A stretch of 64,000 nt of DNA. It comes from Catajapyx aquilonaris (lineage: Eukaryota). Below are positions 1 through 15,342 of the stretch, one piece after another. Where the stretch lies: assembly GCA_000934665.2 (NCBI GenBank), contig KZ538170.1, forward strand, positions 1 through 64,000, read 5' to 3'. The notes beneath the pieces were generated by a model that saw only the letters and a program-made list of their open reading frames with translations, had not been told where the DNA came from and did no database searches. A program made the position numbers and the translations under genes. Within the stretch, counting starts at the first letter, position 1; the number at the start of each line of letters is the position of its first letter.

Positions 1-163
1 TGAGACATTGCACCTGCACCTACGTTCCCTCCCCAAAAATCCCTACCCTTACCCAATGTCCTTGATTTCCCTGCACCGGAGTTGAATAAAAACCAAAGAT
101 AATTAAGAAAATATGGTGGTATCCCACCTCCCCTAAAAGAGCCACAGGCTCTATCACAGGGTA

Positions 164-345
164 GAAGAAGAAGACATACAAAATCGTGTGTAACTCAATG
201 AAAAATGCCTCGATTTGGCTGGAAACTATTTTGCAAAAATGTAGACAGTTGTCGATTTCAGATGTGTAAAAATAAAAATTCTGGGGGTGCATTGGAATTT
301 GTCTAATTAAAAAAAACGGAACTTACTTTCTGGATGCGCCTTGTA
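164..345 (+). mobile_element. Degraded 3' end of a mariner-type DNA transposon (transposase C-terminus relic plus right terminal inverted repeat)
   Basis: 164-244 translates EEEDIQNRV*LNEKCLDLAGNYFAKM*, resembling the mariner transposase C-terminus pattern (GIxKLVxRxxKCLxxxGxYxEK). It is followed by ACTTACTTTCTGGATGCGCCTTG-TA, whose reverse complement resembles mariner TIRs, with a TA flank at 344-345. Confidence 0.6.
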
Positions 346-454
346 TCATGCTGCAAGCTGCCTAGGAGAAAAAGCTGCCAATTAGCTGCTTTTATTTCAT
401 TATAGGAATCAGAATTAAGAATTATGCAAATAATATTAAAAGGGAATTAGGGAA

Positions 455-625
455 AGTATTTACGATATGTATTTAAATACTTCTGTATTTAAATACTCAG
501 AAATGTATTGAAATACAGTATTTAAATACAGGAACATCAATGTAGTTATAAATACATATCTAAATACCAAGAAGTATTTAAATACGTATTTAAATACATT
601 TGTATTTAAATACTGCCCATCCCTG
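455..625 (-). mobile_element. Non-autonomous hAT-like MITE fragment with repeated palindromic GTATTTAAATAC subterminal motif
   Basis: About six copies of the palindrome GTATTTAAATAC between 469 and 613. The right end reads CAGGGATGGGCAGTATTTAAATAC on the minus strand (hAT-style CAGGG terminus). The other end is not intact. Confidence 0.5.
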
Positions 626-649
626 CTACTAATAATATATTGTTGTTTA

Positions 650-882
<233 letters not shown>

Positions 883-3800
883 TATGACTGGCTGGAGTCC
901 GAAACTCTGTCCGCGATGAGCCATCACCTAATTAGTAACATTTTTCCCCGCATGACCAGAGTGGCAGTAGTATGCAGAGATGAAGGATGAGCGCCATCTA
1001 TGACTGAGATATAATACTACGTTCAAGTCGGGGGCAGTGTTGCCAAGTTTTGCCAACTCTCGTAATTTAATAATGATGCAGAAACGTTTATAAATTTACA
1101 GGATGTAAAAATTTGTCGATCATTACTACTTATGGGTGCCTTTCTACGCGCAATATTGTATCAGAATCCGAGGAGGTCGTGTCCGGAGGGTGATTGACCC
1201 TATTGTAAGCTTCATCCGGAGCGTGTATCTTTTTGTGATGGGCCAAAAAAAAGAGAGGTCTGGAACACCCCCCTCGGTTCTGATGGTATCGATTCACTCA
1301 TTGGCATTCTGTCCAGTTGGCTGGGGGGGAAATATGCGATATGAAACGCATGCATGTTCACACAATATCCGATCCTCATACTGCAACGATGGAGCTGTTG
1401 GAAAAAAAGGAGAATCCCCATTTTTTTGAGAGGAGTTTTTTTTTAAAAATTCGTATTGCTGAGAGGACAAAATGAGTGACCGAGTGCCAAATTGGAAACC
1501 CGATTTTTTGGTTGGAGGGAGAGTTTGTCCGGTCCTCCCAGCAGCGAGATGGAAAAATGGTAAGCGAACCGTTTGAATTCAATGGATGCCAGTGTCAACA
1601 CCCCCCAAGGGATCGCTTTATGCTCTTGTAAGGCACGTTGGTGTGGCCATAACAGACTCCTCTAACCCATGTAGCATGATGTTAACTAATGATCATTGGA
1701 AGAACCACCTGGAAAATATCGTGTTAACAAATATAATATGAAATATATTGCATAATTAATAAATATAACATGGTAAAGTATCTTATTTAAAATGGCATGC
1801 GTCTCTGCCTCTGTTTGTCCACAGTCGGTCATCAGTAATGTGTAGATTAGTAGAAGTGCATATTATTTCATTTCGTAATGTTCTATTCGAAATCGATGGA
1901 ATAAATGAAGTCTATGGGCCAGTAATTAGGTTTAAATCATTGGAATCATCCCTCCCGTTCAACTCGTTTCTGATTTAAAGCGGCTTTTGCTCTCCATGAA
2001 CAAAATAAAAATTGCACGGATCACTTGGTACTCTAATTCGAACGTTGATTTTGCAATAAATGAGCAGTCAGCCGCGGTTTAATATTAAACTATTGCACAC
2101 ACAGTATAAACGCACGATACAGTTCCAGTTAGGCTGATTAAAATGGGGATTATATAGTCGTCGTACGGTAACAGAACCTTTTAAACAAGTACTCCTGCAT
2201 TATACCTCTTAATGTGTGTGACAAGCCCATAATTTTTCAATAATATATTAATAACTCTTGTGGGTAAGTAGCCATCATCAAGTGCTAATGTTCCTAACTG
2301 CTTCACTCGTTGTTGATCAGAAATTAATCTCAGAGAGTGAACGGTTTTAACGCTATATATTTTGGAACAATTAGAGTGATGGGACAATTCGCTTCACTTT
2401 GTCATGGAGTGTACTTCTCCAGGTCTTTAGAAGCGTCAGTAAACTTGTTTCAATCCATCCTAGACCTAAGAGGAAGTCTCCTTTTTTTCTTTTACCCCCT
2501 CCCAAACCAACCCAACTTTGGCGCGAGGTAGATAAGCAACAAATGAGAGAAGTAGAGACAAGAGCGGGGAAGATCGCGAAAGGAATTCGCAAAAGGCATG
2601 GCATTCGCAAAGAGAAAGAGAAAGAACAAAAAAAGAGGAACAAAAGGGGGCAAAGTTACTCACCCAGTTTCAAAGTTTCGCTTTGTTTACGTTTTTTTTT
2701 TCTTCTCTTCTTCAACTCTTTTTCTCTTTCTCTGCTGGTTTCATGCTGCACTATATAGAGACACAGTTTCCGATCAATCCTTCCTTCAGAGAAACAACTT
2801 TATGAGCACTTCGTAACAAAGAGGAGGATTTTAGGTTAAGTTTATACAGGGTGATCTCTTCGCCCGAAACAAAAATGCAAATTTACTCATATTTTAACAC
2901 ATCGAACCTTTAAAAAATAAGTGCGCTTGATTTTTTTGGGTTCACAGAATGTGGCTGAACAATTTGCAAAATGACATACTGCTTATTACGAAAAGCAGCT
3001 AATTATGCAGAATTTCTAACTACGAGTATTTCTTGCTGCATTATTAGACCCTTGAATTATACTACAGCACACACTGCATTAAACTGATTAAATGAGCATA
3101 TAACTTGGGGATCTAGAGTTCAGCTTTTGTTAGAGCACATGAACTTGAAGAGGATTAATAAACTTGCAGACTAGCTCGTTACAAGTGAGTACATCCTAGG
3201 GTTAGCCAAACTTGCACTCCACATATTTGTATAGACCCCTTTGATTAATGCTAGGTTCAAATTATGCTTATGTGGCTGAATCTGTATGAATCGCCATTTT
3301 TTTAGCAATAAAAGCTCATCCTGACCCTATGACAATTTGCATATATATTACCAGAACTTTCAGATTACGCAACTTTCACCTGTTGGTTTGTACACGATGC
3401 CTATCCGAGAGAAGAAACACATACAAAAGAAAGATCTTCAAAACAATCACTGCGGAAAATTCAAAGTAAAAGCACCTTTTCTATAATCCTCTCCAACACT
3501 CGTTTTTTTTCCTTCCTTGTTTTTTTTCACTCTGAGTCGTGGGTAGGATTGCAATGGGAGCTATATGGCATATACACACTAAGTTGGTTCCGACGGTTCT
3601 TGTCACACGCCACGGCGAACACCAAAGAAGCCGGCTATCTTGTCAGAATCGCAATGGCCTCGCATCTCTCGCAAAAAAAAAAAACGTACAAAAAAAATTG
3701 TAAAGGGGTGAGATATATTTGTTACGCTTGCTTCGTTTGGATATAAATTCTGCTAGGCGGGCTGCATAGTACTATCTCTAAGAAGAAAAAACGTTGGAAG

Positions 3801-5070
3801 ATACCTTCCTGAGCATTTATCACAATGCCGATTACATTTTTCCTGCTTCGTAATAGCTTCTGGGAGATGAAACATAGTTGCCATGTTCGTTGTAAAAATA
3901 GTCGTATTCAATAATCGAAGCTGAACAACCAATAACCGATTTTTCCTGACTACATCCCAGCTTAACAGTCCAATAAAATGTAGTGTTTACCAACCAATAA
4001 AATGGACGGTGGGGTGTGCGAAAATTTGTTATGTCACGTGGAAAGCTCGGCAAACAATAACAGTGAAATGATTCGCACCACCACAGATTACACCTTACAT
4101 AATATAAATTCGGCTTAATTCCTCACAATTCTACGACACAGATCAAAAAACGTGCTGTGGTGAAAATTATTCATTTGCAAAATTACACCCTTTATGCTGA
4201 GCCACTGGCGGGTGACACTGCATTGTTGAGTGGCAGACAATGTGTAATTTCCGTAACTGCTGAGCAATTAAAATGTGCAGCCGAATTGTACCATAATTAT
4301 GTGCTCTAATTTTTCAATGGTTGGCTCATTTTTTTCAATTTCCTTAACATTTTAATTACAATTAACCATTGGATTTTTGGTCCTCAAACCGACTCAGATT
4401 TTTCCCCCATTTTCCACTGAATTTTCGCATTGAATCAGGACAACTATTGGTCTTCTCCGCCGAGCCGTTCAGAGATTCCCCAGGGCGCACTGCTCACTTG
4501 AAGATTTGTTCCTGCAGGAATTGAGTCTGCTGCCGACGATCCCTACATGGCTCTTTCTCTCCAGGAAAAGGGAAGAGGGATAGAAAATATAAAAAAGAGA
4601 GAGGAAGAGACCCACATAAATAAGTGTCCAGCATGAGTTATAACGGATTGAACCAGTGGACGGCGTCGTTGAAAAGAGAGAGAGAGAAAAAATGTCTGGG
4701 CCATGATTTTTTTGAAGAAAAAAAATTGGCGGATTCAATTTAATGGTTACGTGCTTTTTTGTGGTGGATTAGAATACAACGGAAATCAATCAATGGATTA
4801 ATATCAATATTGGCGGATTGGGGAATAATACGGAGAATTGTTGCGTCTCGACACACCCTCACTCATGACATTGTGAGCATAATTTAAAAATAATGACAAT
4901 CACACATCGACTCCAACAATTTCACCAGAAAATCACACGATTAAAGGAATATTATGTGATATGAAAATAATTGGCATGTTGATCACTCACAGTCAGTTTG
5001 ACGTATCTCTCTCAAAGTATTGTGTACATAAATGATACGCAACGTGTGTGTATTATTCTTTGTATACATA

Positions 5071-5250
5071 CGTACACATACTTTGTACTCGCACACATAC
5101 TTTGTACTCGCACACATACTTTGTATTCGTACACATACTTCGTATTCGTACACATACTTCGTATTCGTACACATACTTCGTATTCGTACACATACTTCGT
5201 ATTCGTACACATACTTTGTACTCGTACACATACTTTGTACTCGTACATAC
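5071..5250. repeat. 19-bp minisatellite, ~9.5 copies
   Basis: Unit CGTACACATACTT(T/C)GTA(C/T)T repeated head-to-tail; it accounts for the overlapping six-frame ORFs here. Confidence 0.95.
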
Positions 5251-8200
5251 TATAGTGTACGATGAAGACGCAATTTGTAAATGAATCAATGTACAACAAT
5301 TTGCATATCATGTTTGAGCACACACCCTGTGTACTTTCTTGTGTGCCCTGGATTCACATTGTTTTTAGAGAGACAATTAATTGCGAATTGGATTGCATAT
5401 TATGTTTTTTCGTATGGCAAATATATTTTTTTAAAAAAAAGTTCCACTATTTTCAGCAGAATCCGGATAAAATTATAGTAATTCCCACTCAGCCCAGCAT
5501 GACATTTAGGACCGTCCTCCGCAGATAACAATGCAGATAAGCGTAATTTCCAATGACAATTGCATTATGTTCAGCTCTCTTTTTTTCCCCCTGAACTTCC
5601 TTTTTCCGTACACCGGTATGCATAGAAGAGGAGTTTGGAACCTAAACAGGCTTAATCCTGCATTGTAATGAACGACGTCGCGTTTGGGATTACTTTTGTA
5701 TAATTCAAACGAGTGGAAGTTTCCCCCCTCTCCCTCCTCTCCCCCCTCCATTATTCCTGTAGAGGGGAAAGTCTATTTCGCTTGAAGGATACAACGTGAC
5801 GCTTCATTGGTTAACTGGCGTATGGAAAAGACTGGCGGGAATTCGTTAAAGCCACCGTCAACCTAGAGGACTGCTAATCCAATCTGTGTTGCTGAACCGC
5901 CTGGAACAGAATAAAAAAAAGAAAGAGAAAACGAGATGTATCGCACAGAAGATAGAACCTTGCTTGGTTTTATATAGCATAAAACGGGGGTTCGTTTTAA
6001 CTCTCTCGGTTATTACAGTATGATTGGTATGAATGAGACGTTAATTGAACTCTCGTTGCGCTGCGGCCTCATCAGCAAGTAGAGAGTTTTTTTGAAATTT
6101 TTCCTAAATGTGGAAAAACACACGTACACTCATAGTTTAATTACACGTTTATTAACGCCCAATAAAATGAACATCTATATTGCATATTTGGGGAGAGGGG
6201 ACAACAAAGCATTTTGCTGCATGGGAGGGCTAATGGATTCCACAATATGTGGTTGAATAAATATTGCGCAGGGTCGTTACTTTTAATAAGTTGTTGTAAT
6301 TAGGACGAATTAACCTGCGTTCGTGCAACAAGCCCTTGGGCCCTGTTGGTATCAGCTCAAATTAATGGAAATAATCTCAGATTAAGTGTTGGTAATCATC
6401 GGGAATTTTCCGTTATTTGTGTTGGTATACAACTGGCCATTTATATTTTAAAAAAAAATACATTCCACAGCTAATACTTATATTTCATTCTTAAAGTATA
6501 AGAATACAGTATAGTGCAAATAACAAATTATTTGAATTATATTGTGGAGCCGCTTGGGGAGCGCACAAAATTTAAAATTTGAATCCATATTCTCTGAATA
6601 ACGAGCATTTGGGTTGGTGCACCGTTACACACATTTTAAAATTATACATCCCACATTTCATATAGTGAAAATGACGAGTTATTTTAAATGAATTGGTGCT
6701 TGTGGAGAGCATATTTAAAATTTGAATAATTTTTTAAACTTTAAAATTCGATTACGTGTTCCTCTGAATACTGATGAGCACTGCTTTTTCAGAAAATGTG
6801 GTATATTTTCTCTTCACATTCAAACTGCTAGCTTGTCAAAAGCAACGTTGGAGGAGAAACTTTATTTGATATTCTGTATATATTTTTTGCATGTAACTTG
6901 CTTTGCCCTAGCTTTATTGCATTTTCTTAGAAATGCAGTTCCACTTGGAGAATTTTCTTCACTACTGTAACTCTTCAGTACATGAACATGTCCTTTGAAA
7001 GACTGCATATTATTGGGAATGATTGGATTTTTGGCGGAATAAAATGTTGACGCGTATACAGTAACGAAAATCGCGAATTTATGCGCACTTAAGTTAACTG
7101 GCATTTAACTACACTTCTGCATGACATATGGAGCGAACTGGACCGGGCTTTTCATTAGCCTCCTAATTGCATATGTCTTGTTTCACGACACAGAGCGACA
7201 CCCCCAGACGCAATATGAGTCGGTTTTGCGGACAGGCATCCGAAGGTGCTGGCTCCAGAACATTTTCTCTCCCCAAAATTTCAACTGACTGAAACACCAG
7301 AAGAAAGTGTGTCCATGCAGCACTAATTTCGTCTAGTTCAGGCAGTCAGCTCGGTGATTGTTGAGGAAGGGAGTGACTTACGCTATGTTTTATACCCAAC
7401 TTGAATTAAACTCGGGGCTTCAACTGAGGGTTATATTGTTGTTGATGGCTTGTGGCGGAAGTAAATGGGAAGAGATATACTGATGTTGTTGAAAGCAACT
7501 GGTCGTGTTACATTCTGGTGGAAACTTGTGAAAGCCTGATGCTGGTATAGCCATCATGCCCAGAGACTCTGAATCGTTTTCCTCACTAGATCTTACTAAT
7601 CTAGATCTACCATCAGCCAACACGTCAACAGTATTACTAATTAACAATTAATCAGCTCATTCATTAAAAACATTTTTCAGAGTAATTCTAAAACAAGTCT
7701 TTGAGATAATCTTGGCGGTTACTGACTTGACGTTCACTGACTTGGCGTTTACTGTATGTGTCTGTACAGCAAATGATACTTTCTTTGTGGCCCGTTGACC
7801 TCACTCTAAGAAGTGTAATAGGCGAAGCAAATTACTCTACGTGCACGTCAGCGCGATTTATCCTGCAAGCACACTAAATTTAGCCCGAGACTTAAGCTCG
7901 CTCTTAGACCACCCCCTTGCAAGGGTTCCCAATCGCGACTCTAATTTTCCATCCTACGTTCTCTGAAATTAGTGCCTAGGATGTTGAATGCTAATTGTCG
8001 CGGAAATTGCCCCGGTTGCTCCAGCCAAACTATTCGTGCTCCAGAATTTGAGCTATAGAGCTTGTGGAGGTTAAAAAAAAGGAAAGGCCCATCCAATTTT
8101 TTATTTTTTGAACCCGGTTCTTCCTCTTTGTAGTTGTCCTATCGGGAAATTCCTCCTCGGAGTCGGATTAGAAAGGATGAAAAAAAGGAGAGGAACGAAG

Positions 8201-11200
8201 GTATAGTATTGAAACAGGAGTCTTTTTAGGAATGACCTCCTATTGCGGAGCCATTAGAGGGAAGGAGACCTCCCCTGGCGATAGAGACCAAGATTAGAGG
8301 AGAGTACGTGCCAGGAGGCGTCTGGAGAAAGTGTTCCCCCTTGGCAGACGGCTAAAGAAAGCCAAAAGGAAGAAAAGAAAAGGGATCGCATGGCAAAGAA
8401 GGAAGAAAGGGGAGGGGGGCGGTCGTTCCCCCCTTTTTTCCTTTTTGTTAAGGGGAGGAAAACCCTCCCTTTTTGGATCGATCCCCCTTCTCGGTTCCGT
8501 CTTCAGCCAAAAACCTGGGGTCCAGTTAGCACCTTTCAACCAAGATTTGACAGGGAATGGGTCTAGAAAATATTCAGAGCTGGAGGAGAAGACTTGAAGA
8601 GAAAAAAAAAATGTGTGCAAAATTATTTTTGTTATATTTTAGTCATTTGCTGACAACCAGGAAAATATTTAACGCAATTGAGACACATTTGTGTTTAGTC
8701 CCCCAGAGGAATTCGCATGTTATTAAAATGTTGTGTGTGGCAACTGATGGTGAGATATCATGACATCGGACAGGTCAGTTTGTGCTGAGCGATGTGATAA
8801 AAACTATTAATCCATATTTTTTTTTGCGCTTCTGTACTCTGGAGTCCAGATAACACGCTCTGGACCAACCATGCATAATTTCCGGAGCCTCATAATTGAG
8901 ATAACTATGTTACACTTGGTGCTCATCTGGGCTGTCAAAAAATTACGCATGTCATTAACCATGAAGTGCAAGCCACGATTTAAATATTTATTCCCAGCAG
9001 TAATGTGAATTCACCACTGACAAATTAAGCTATCTAGATATATGCAAATGTGCAGTAATATCGGTAGAAAGAATTCGTATCAATAGTCACTAACGAGTGT
9101 TGTAAAAATTATGAATATTCTAGCCTGTATCTGAGAGGATCGAAAACGGTCAAGTCCACTGGTTGTAAAATGAGCGGGGTTGCTTAAATTTTACTGGTAT
9201 AATCTCTATCAGATATTGAAAACCGAAGTTTTAACTCTGGTTATAATCCGGTCTCTTTCATGTTAAAATGAAGAACAAAAGTATACTTCTTTATTTTCTA
9301 AATCCATTCACGAGTGACGAAACTTTGCCGACTCGACCAACCGTTTATATAAAACGAGGCGCTTAACGATCAAATTACCCTCTTAAAACCTGTAGGTTGT
9401 CAAAATGTTTAGCAAACGAGTTAAGAGGAGGGTAAAACTGGTGACGGGTGATAAATTACTCAAAATCACCATCCGTGTGATTTGCCCCCTCATCTCTTCA
9501 TCCTTTTGCAAAGGAATAGAGGAATCTGCCAAGGATTTTGGTCTTGAGAATTTCCTGCTCGACGTCCGTCGTTTTCGCCTCCAGGGAATAGCTGTGGCCT
9601 GCCCCTCCCAAACTCTCGGGGAGTTTCTGTTTACCGAACCAGTGCTATAACTCAATTGCAGCTGTGTGGTCAGGACCGACTTGAGTACCAACTTACTCCG
9701 TGGTGGACTACTAACACGGGGGAGGGGCTCTCTCTTCAGTACTGGAAAAGACTTGTCACGCTTCGCCAGGCATGAGCATCGGACCGGAAAAGTGTCACTC
9801 CGGATCTAGTCCTTCATTATACTCAAACGGTTGAGGTAGAAACCCGCAGGAAACTGTGGACAAATCTCCAATTGGATGCTATACATACTATAGTGCACAG
9901 ACGCCTCTAACAGATGGCAGGAACTCAATCTGCTCCCTGCTGCCACTCGTGCGGATGCGGAACTATCAGCTCGGACAAATAATAAGAGAATCATTGTTAG
10001 TGGATTTTCCCATGCCTTTCCGGGTAGTAAACAAAGCTTTTAGGACTTGCTGAACATTATTTGCGTAGATTAACTCAAAATCTCGGGTTGGGGCGAAATC
10101 CGCCATTTTTTTCATCTCGCCAAATGGAGTCGTTTTCTTTCTTTCTTTTTTTTCCTCCTGCAAACCCTCTCTCTGTGTCTCACTTTCTCGGGGCTCGGAG
10201 AAATAGTCGTCGTAATGAATGCACCAGCAGTTTCATCTTGGGCCTACCCTTTTTTGGGGGGAAAAAATGGTGTCGCCTGCAAAAGTGTTTCCCATGGCGA
10301 CTGTGCTTTTGCAGGAAATTGCCACTCGCTCATGTGACACCGCGTGTTTGTGCCGGGTCACGTAATAAAACCGCAGCAGCCGAGGAGAGAAACAATTGGA
10401 CGAGGTCCCTTGCATTAAGATCCAGGAAGGTGAGTTAGAAGGAGGAAAAAAAAATGAGTTAGGCCTACATTATACTTTTATAATAAAGAAGATGCTATGC
10501 TCTAAGATACAACTTTTTTTGAGGTCAAAATGCGACTATCTAGACGACTATCGTTATACACCTATTATTCAGGCTCCAAAATGCCATTACCGGTGCGTAA
10601 ATACGGTAATATCGCGTGGGGGGGGGGGGGGTGGAANGGAAAATACGGTATGCATGTCATTATCGGGCTTTTTCATATCAGATCAGCATGGCGGCTGTTT
10701 TATGATCGTGGCTGTGCCCAAGATTATCGGTTTAGTGCGTGGGATGGATTTGGGTCGGTTTTTCAACGACAGTATTTAGAGGGAGCTGCAGCATACGACT
10801 CAGGACCTCACCACACCACACACACAAAAAAAATGTGAACCATACTTATTTTTAATGACCCTATCAATATCTAGTGGGAGGGAGGTTGGATGTTCCGGAT
10901 CTTCATGTTTGATGGGGACCATTTTCGTAGAAGTTCTTCATCACCATAATGTCGTTAACGGATAGCACTTTTTTTTGAGGGAGGGTTCTTATCGCTCACG
11001 GTTTTTAACTGGGGAAGTTATCAATATTGGTTATCAAAATAGGCAGCGACTAATGCCAATTTTGTTAAATTAGAGCTGAACTAGTAGTTAACGCAAAATG
11101 TGGCAACACTGCCCGGACAGCCTCCACTTGCTGCAAACAGATGGCGCTGATGCTCCCTCTCTCAGGGGGCAAGTAGTACTACATGCACGTTGGTGATGAG

Positions 11201-12592
11201 TCACCTTGCGGACAAAGCCAAATTCTTGAATGAGGAAAGTAATCAAACTATGGTAGCAACATGCACTTAGGCGTGTCACGCCTAGCCAATTCTATATAAT
11301 GTCTCAGAGGTTGACTTGACTTTGATGCAAAGATTCGGATCCTCTGAGAAAGTAAAGGCAGGCATAGGTGTAGTGCCCTATCCCATTGGAACCACCCAAA
11401 GAGGATCAGAGGACGGAAAAGGAAGAAAAAGTCAACCTATTGGGGAGCAGGTCTTCTCTCTCTACCCCTAGCAAGCACTTTGAGAGAGGAAGAGGGCATA
11501 GTGGTTTTGGACCAGCAGCGACGCCTTCAACCTGAGTGATGGTCTCGACTTGCGTTGGCATCGCTCGATACCTTCAGATTTGCCCGCCCCGTAATGCGCC
11601 TAGATGGCTTGGGCACAGGAAAACGTCGATAAAGTGTATCATGAAATCATGAGCTCGTTTGCTGTTAAAAGGAGGGGGAAAAAAGGCTGCAGGAACTAAC
11701 ATTTAGATAGGTTAATTTTATATCAAATTAGCGATTGCTATACAGAGACACGAACCTACTTTTTTCCTCAGCCTCAGTTTGATAAGACTTTTTTTTCCGC
11801 TGCTGAAAAGTAAGAAAAATTGTATCCGTTTGTACCGTGCTTTTCGTAGCAATCACACCGGGAATGTGGATGGTGTGCTTTCAAGACTAATTATGAAGGA
11901 GATAGTGGGCATGAAGAGTGGCTTCCCCACTTAGCAGTTTTGGTTGTGACCGGCCTCGCTTCATGACAGCTCCACATTTCCTGGCTTCAAATCCATCTTC
12001 GTTTCCCTTTCCTTCCCCCCCTCCAAAAAGCTATCCGAAAATCTCTCAGCCCATGAGGACCAAAAACAGGCTTGATCAATCAAGCGCCTCTTTTCCTTCT
12101 TCTAGCCCCTAAAACTATACCTATATAACCAGTTTTTGTGACTGTCAGCAAGGCGCCTGCTTCACGTCACGCCGGAAGAAATTGTATGAGCTCTGGCTTG
12201 AGGAGAAATGTCTGCTGAGTGGTCTTGAGAAACAAAAGCAGTATCATTTTAGGGTCGTCTCGAGACCATTTTCATGTTGAGAGAAGCCAGGCGGAACTCG
12301 AGGAAATTTTTTGGATGCGCCCGTTGGCTTCCCACGTGACGCAAGAGAGCGGCTGGGATTGGCTGAAAGACTTTTTTAAAAAAGGGTTGCGTACGAATAT
12401 TGCATTAGGACCAATCACTTTTCGCAAACTGACTAGTTGCCATGCTGCAAATTGAGGAAATTGAGGATGGAAGAAGGATTTATAGGTATGAAACGTTATT
12501 AATGTCGTTAGCAGACCGTGCGCATTGTCTAATTAGTCGCAGGAAGCGGTTATTAAAATGAAGTGCTGACGGGGAGGACATGACGTGATCTG

Positions 12593-13033
12593 ATTTTAAG
12601 AACTGCTGAAAAAATAATTAATGATGTTTTTTTTAAACGAACGCAACCGAGTACGCACCAAATTTCGCGCAGAGTGCAGGCTTGGCATTATCAGTGATAC
12701 TTGGTAAGGTCTGTGTAGTGCCCTACACTTATTTCCAACACTATACTCTTGGTGAGAAACAAAATGGCTGACTTTTACGACGTTGCCAAAGCTCGCAAAA
12801 AGTAGTCTCTATTTTTAAAGAACTGATGCAAAAAAATAACTAATGATGATTTTTTTAAACGAACGCAACCGAATACATACCACAGTTTGCGCAGCGTGCA
12901 CGGTTGGCATTATCAATGATAGTTGGTAAGCTCTCTCACTTAATTACAACACTACTCTTGTGTGGGGAGGGGGGGGGGGGGCAAAATGGCTTGCAACGTT
13001 GCCAAAGCTCGCAAAAAAAGTAGTCTCTCTATT
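12593..13033. repeat. Local tandem duplication, two diverged ~220-bp copies
   Basis: Both copies (~12593-12812 and ~12811-13033) contain TTTTTTAAACGAACGCAACCGA, TTGGCATTATCA and CGTTGCCAAAGCTCGCAAAAA..GTAGTCTCTATTTT. Confidence 0.85.
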
Positions 13034-14127
13034 TTCTTTCGATTTCATCAATGATGATGACACTTTGGCAAAGTACCTAAGCTCGTCACAATTTTTCCTT
13101 CTTCGACCTAGCCATTTCCACCTGACGGAAATTGGCAATTCTATAGATGGCAGGAAATTATACTCTTGATAAAGGAAGCCTCATTAGTGAACTCCTCCTT
13201 TTTTTGCGGATTGGAAGAACGAGATCGAAGGCTTTTTGTATCGATGACGGTTGAAACGAGGTTGGAATCACTGATTATTTTTCTGCTCTTTTTGCTGGGC
13301 AGCCATCTCACTTGCCTCAGAAAAAATTATAATTTTGATTTGCATCGTGCAATTCGCACTGTGGGGATGTGTGGTCAGTTTGCAGTGTGTGTTTACAAGG
13401 CCCTAAATCTTTGAAGCGGTTTTCCAGCTTTAAAAACAGACAAAAAATCAATTGTTTGTGCCTGGGAGTTTGAATGACTTTACTGGAATTGGAAGGTCTA
13501 GCCATTTTTTTGAAATGCAAATGTGCAATTACCCGGTGGATTGAGCATGTCGGAAATGCTTGAAATTTGGGCCGTATATTATTAGTAATAAGCTCATTTC
13601 GCGGCTAGTTCGCATTAATTGGGACGAGGTAACTTCTCCCTTGAATATTTGAACGCGGACTCCGCAAATTTTTTGCATCAGGAAGCATGCAGTGCAGGTG
13701 AATATAATATTACGGCATTGACATCGTTTCAAAAAAAATGAGATTATGCTTATGCAATGCGGCATGTAGCGTAACTGCCTCAGATGTACTTTTTTTAAAT
13801 ACTAAGCGTTCGGAAAACACGAGTACTTTCAGTCTGCTATAGCATACATTAGACTACAGCCACGTACTGTACAGTAGTTGCGAGCAGTAAATGAAGGGAG
13901 GTCGCATTATACATGTACTAGGTCACTTGCATTTGCACTGCTTAAACCCCCTTTTTGATATGGCTCATGTGTGTGGTACAGGCTGCATTTGAAATGAGGA
14001 GTATACTGAAAGTGAGTTGTTAGGCTTGTAATCGGCATGCTTATAGTTCCAATTATTTAAAACCCCATGATTATATATTAAACATGTTGAACCAGAATTT
14101 AGCAGCCATTTTGTCATTAACTGATAG

Positions 14128-14280
14128 CAACCTCAACCTAACCCTTTTATAGCCAAACCTATCCTAACCCAACCTAAGCTAACATATCCTATCATATCCT
14201 TACCTTACCTATCCAACCTAACCTAACCTGACCTATCCTAACCTATCCTAACCTATCCTAACCGTCCTACGTCTAGTCTA
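14128..14280. repeat. Degenerate (AACCT/ATCCT)n pentanucleotide repeat (TTAGG-like on minus strand)
   Basis: AACCTAACCTAACCTGACCTATCCTAACCTATCCTAACC read directly. Confidence 0.8.
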
Positions 14281-15342
14281 AGAGACATTTTATTGTTATA
14301 TATTCTAACATTTTTGTGTACGCTGTTTCCATACGCTATTGTACTAAAACCATTATCTGGTTAAGTTGTACGCAATATTTGGAACCGAGCACCTCCTGTT
14401 AGAAAAGAAGAAAAACTGTCCAAAGATTACGTGACATAGTTTCCAGCCCGCTCAGAATTAGCCAAAGTTTCGCCAGAATTACCTCGAAATTAAAAAGTCA
14501 CCTCTCCCGGAAAACCCCCATGGCAGCATAGTCCTCCAAAATTTCCCGGAGTTGGTGTGGAGGGAAAATCCGGTGGTGCACACAGCAGCTAGACGAAAAG
14601 ACAAAAGAGAAAGCTTGCACGTCGACTAGACAATAGACGACCCCTGTAGACTTAATTATTACTAATGGCCTTTTTTTTGCAATGGGTGAGGAAAAGACAG
14701 TGGGCTAGTTCATCCTCAGTGGTAAATAAAATTCGATTCTCTCTGGGTTCCATGCAGCACAAAACGTTTGGCATTTAGCCCACTACCTGTAGCGGAAGCC
14801 ATTTTTAGGCCTCCTTTTCCCATCATCTCTCTAGGATTGTCCTCCTAAATTGGAATCGGCCAGAGAGAAATGGCGGGTGCGGGACCAGACAAAAAAATAT
14901 ATATGAAGCATGAAGGGGTAAGGGGACAGACAAATGGCTGCCTGGGATTAAAATCCGGAGCATCTTTTTATTATTATTTAAAGCCCATCCTTCCCAGCAT
15001 AGAGCGAGGTTCGTCCGGAAACGTCTCTGAAAATCGTATTTTTCCAAGCCCGTAAAGTACCGGTTTCCGGAAAATAGTGGGAATTTATTGAATGCCAAAT
15101 TTTTGCAATATTGAGACTGAAATGGGGCGTATTATTGCATTCCTGGAGCCTGCTGTCCAGTTGTCAATTTTAGAGGGTGAATCATTTTTTTTGGGGGGGA
15201 GGGGAGGGGGGGGGGCTAAATGTGACGGCAGAAGTTGAGCAAAATTTTTAAACACACACCAAAGCTTGTTTATAATGCACTGCATTTTATTGCATATAAT
15301 TATAACTATGTTGTCTAAAAATTTATTCACTTATTAGGTACA

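Noticed and set aside
2844..2862. TA-CAGGGTG possible Tc1/mariner left end
   Set aside because: No matching right terminal inverted repeat found.
5071..5250. CRISPR-like periodicity and stacked ORFs
   Set aside because: Head-to-tail repeats with no unique spacers, no cas genes, eukaryotic context.
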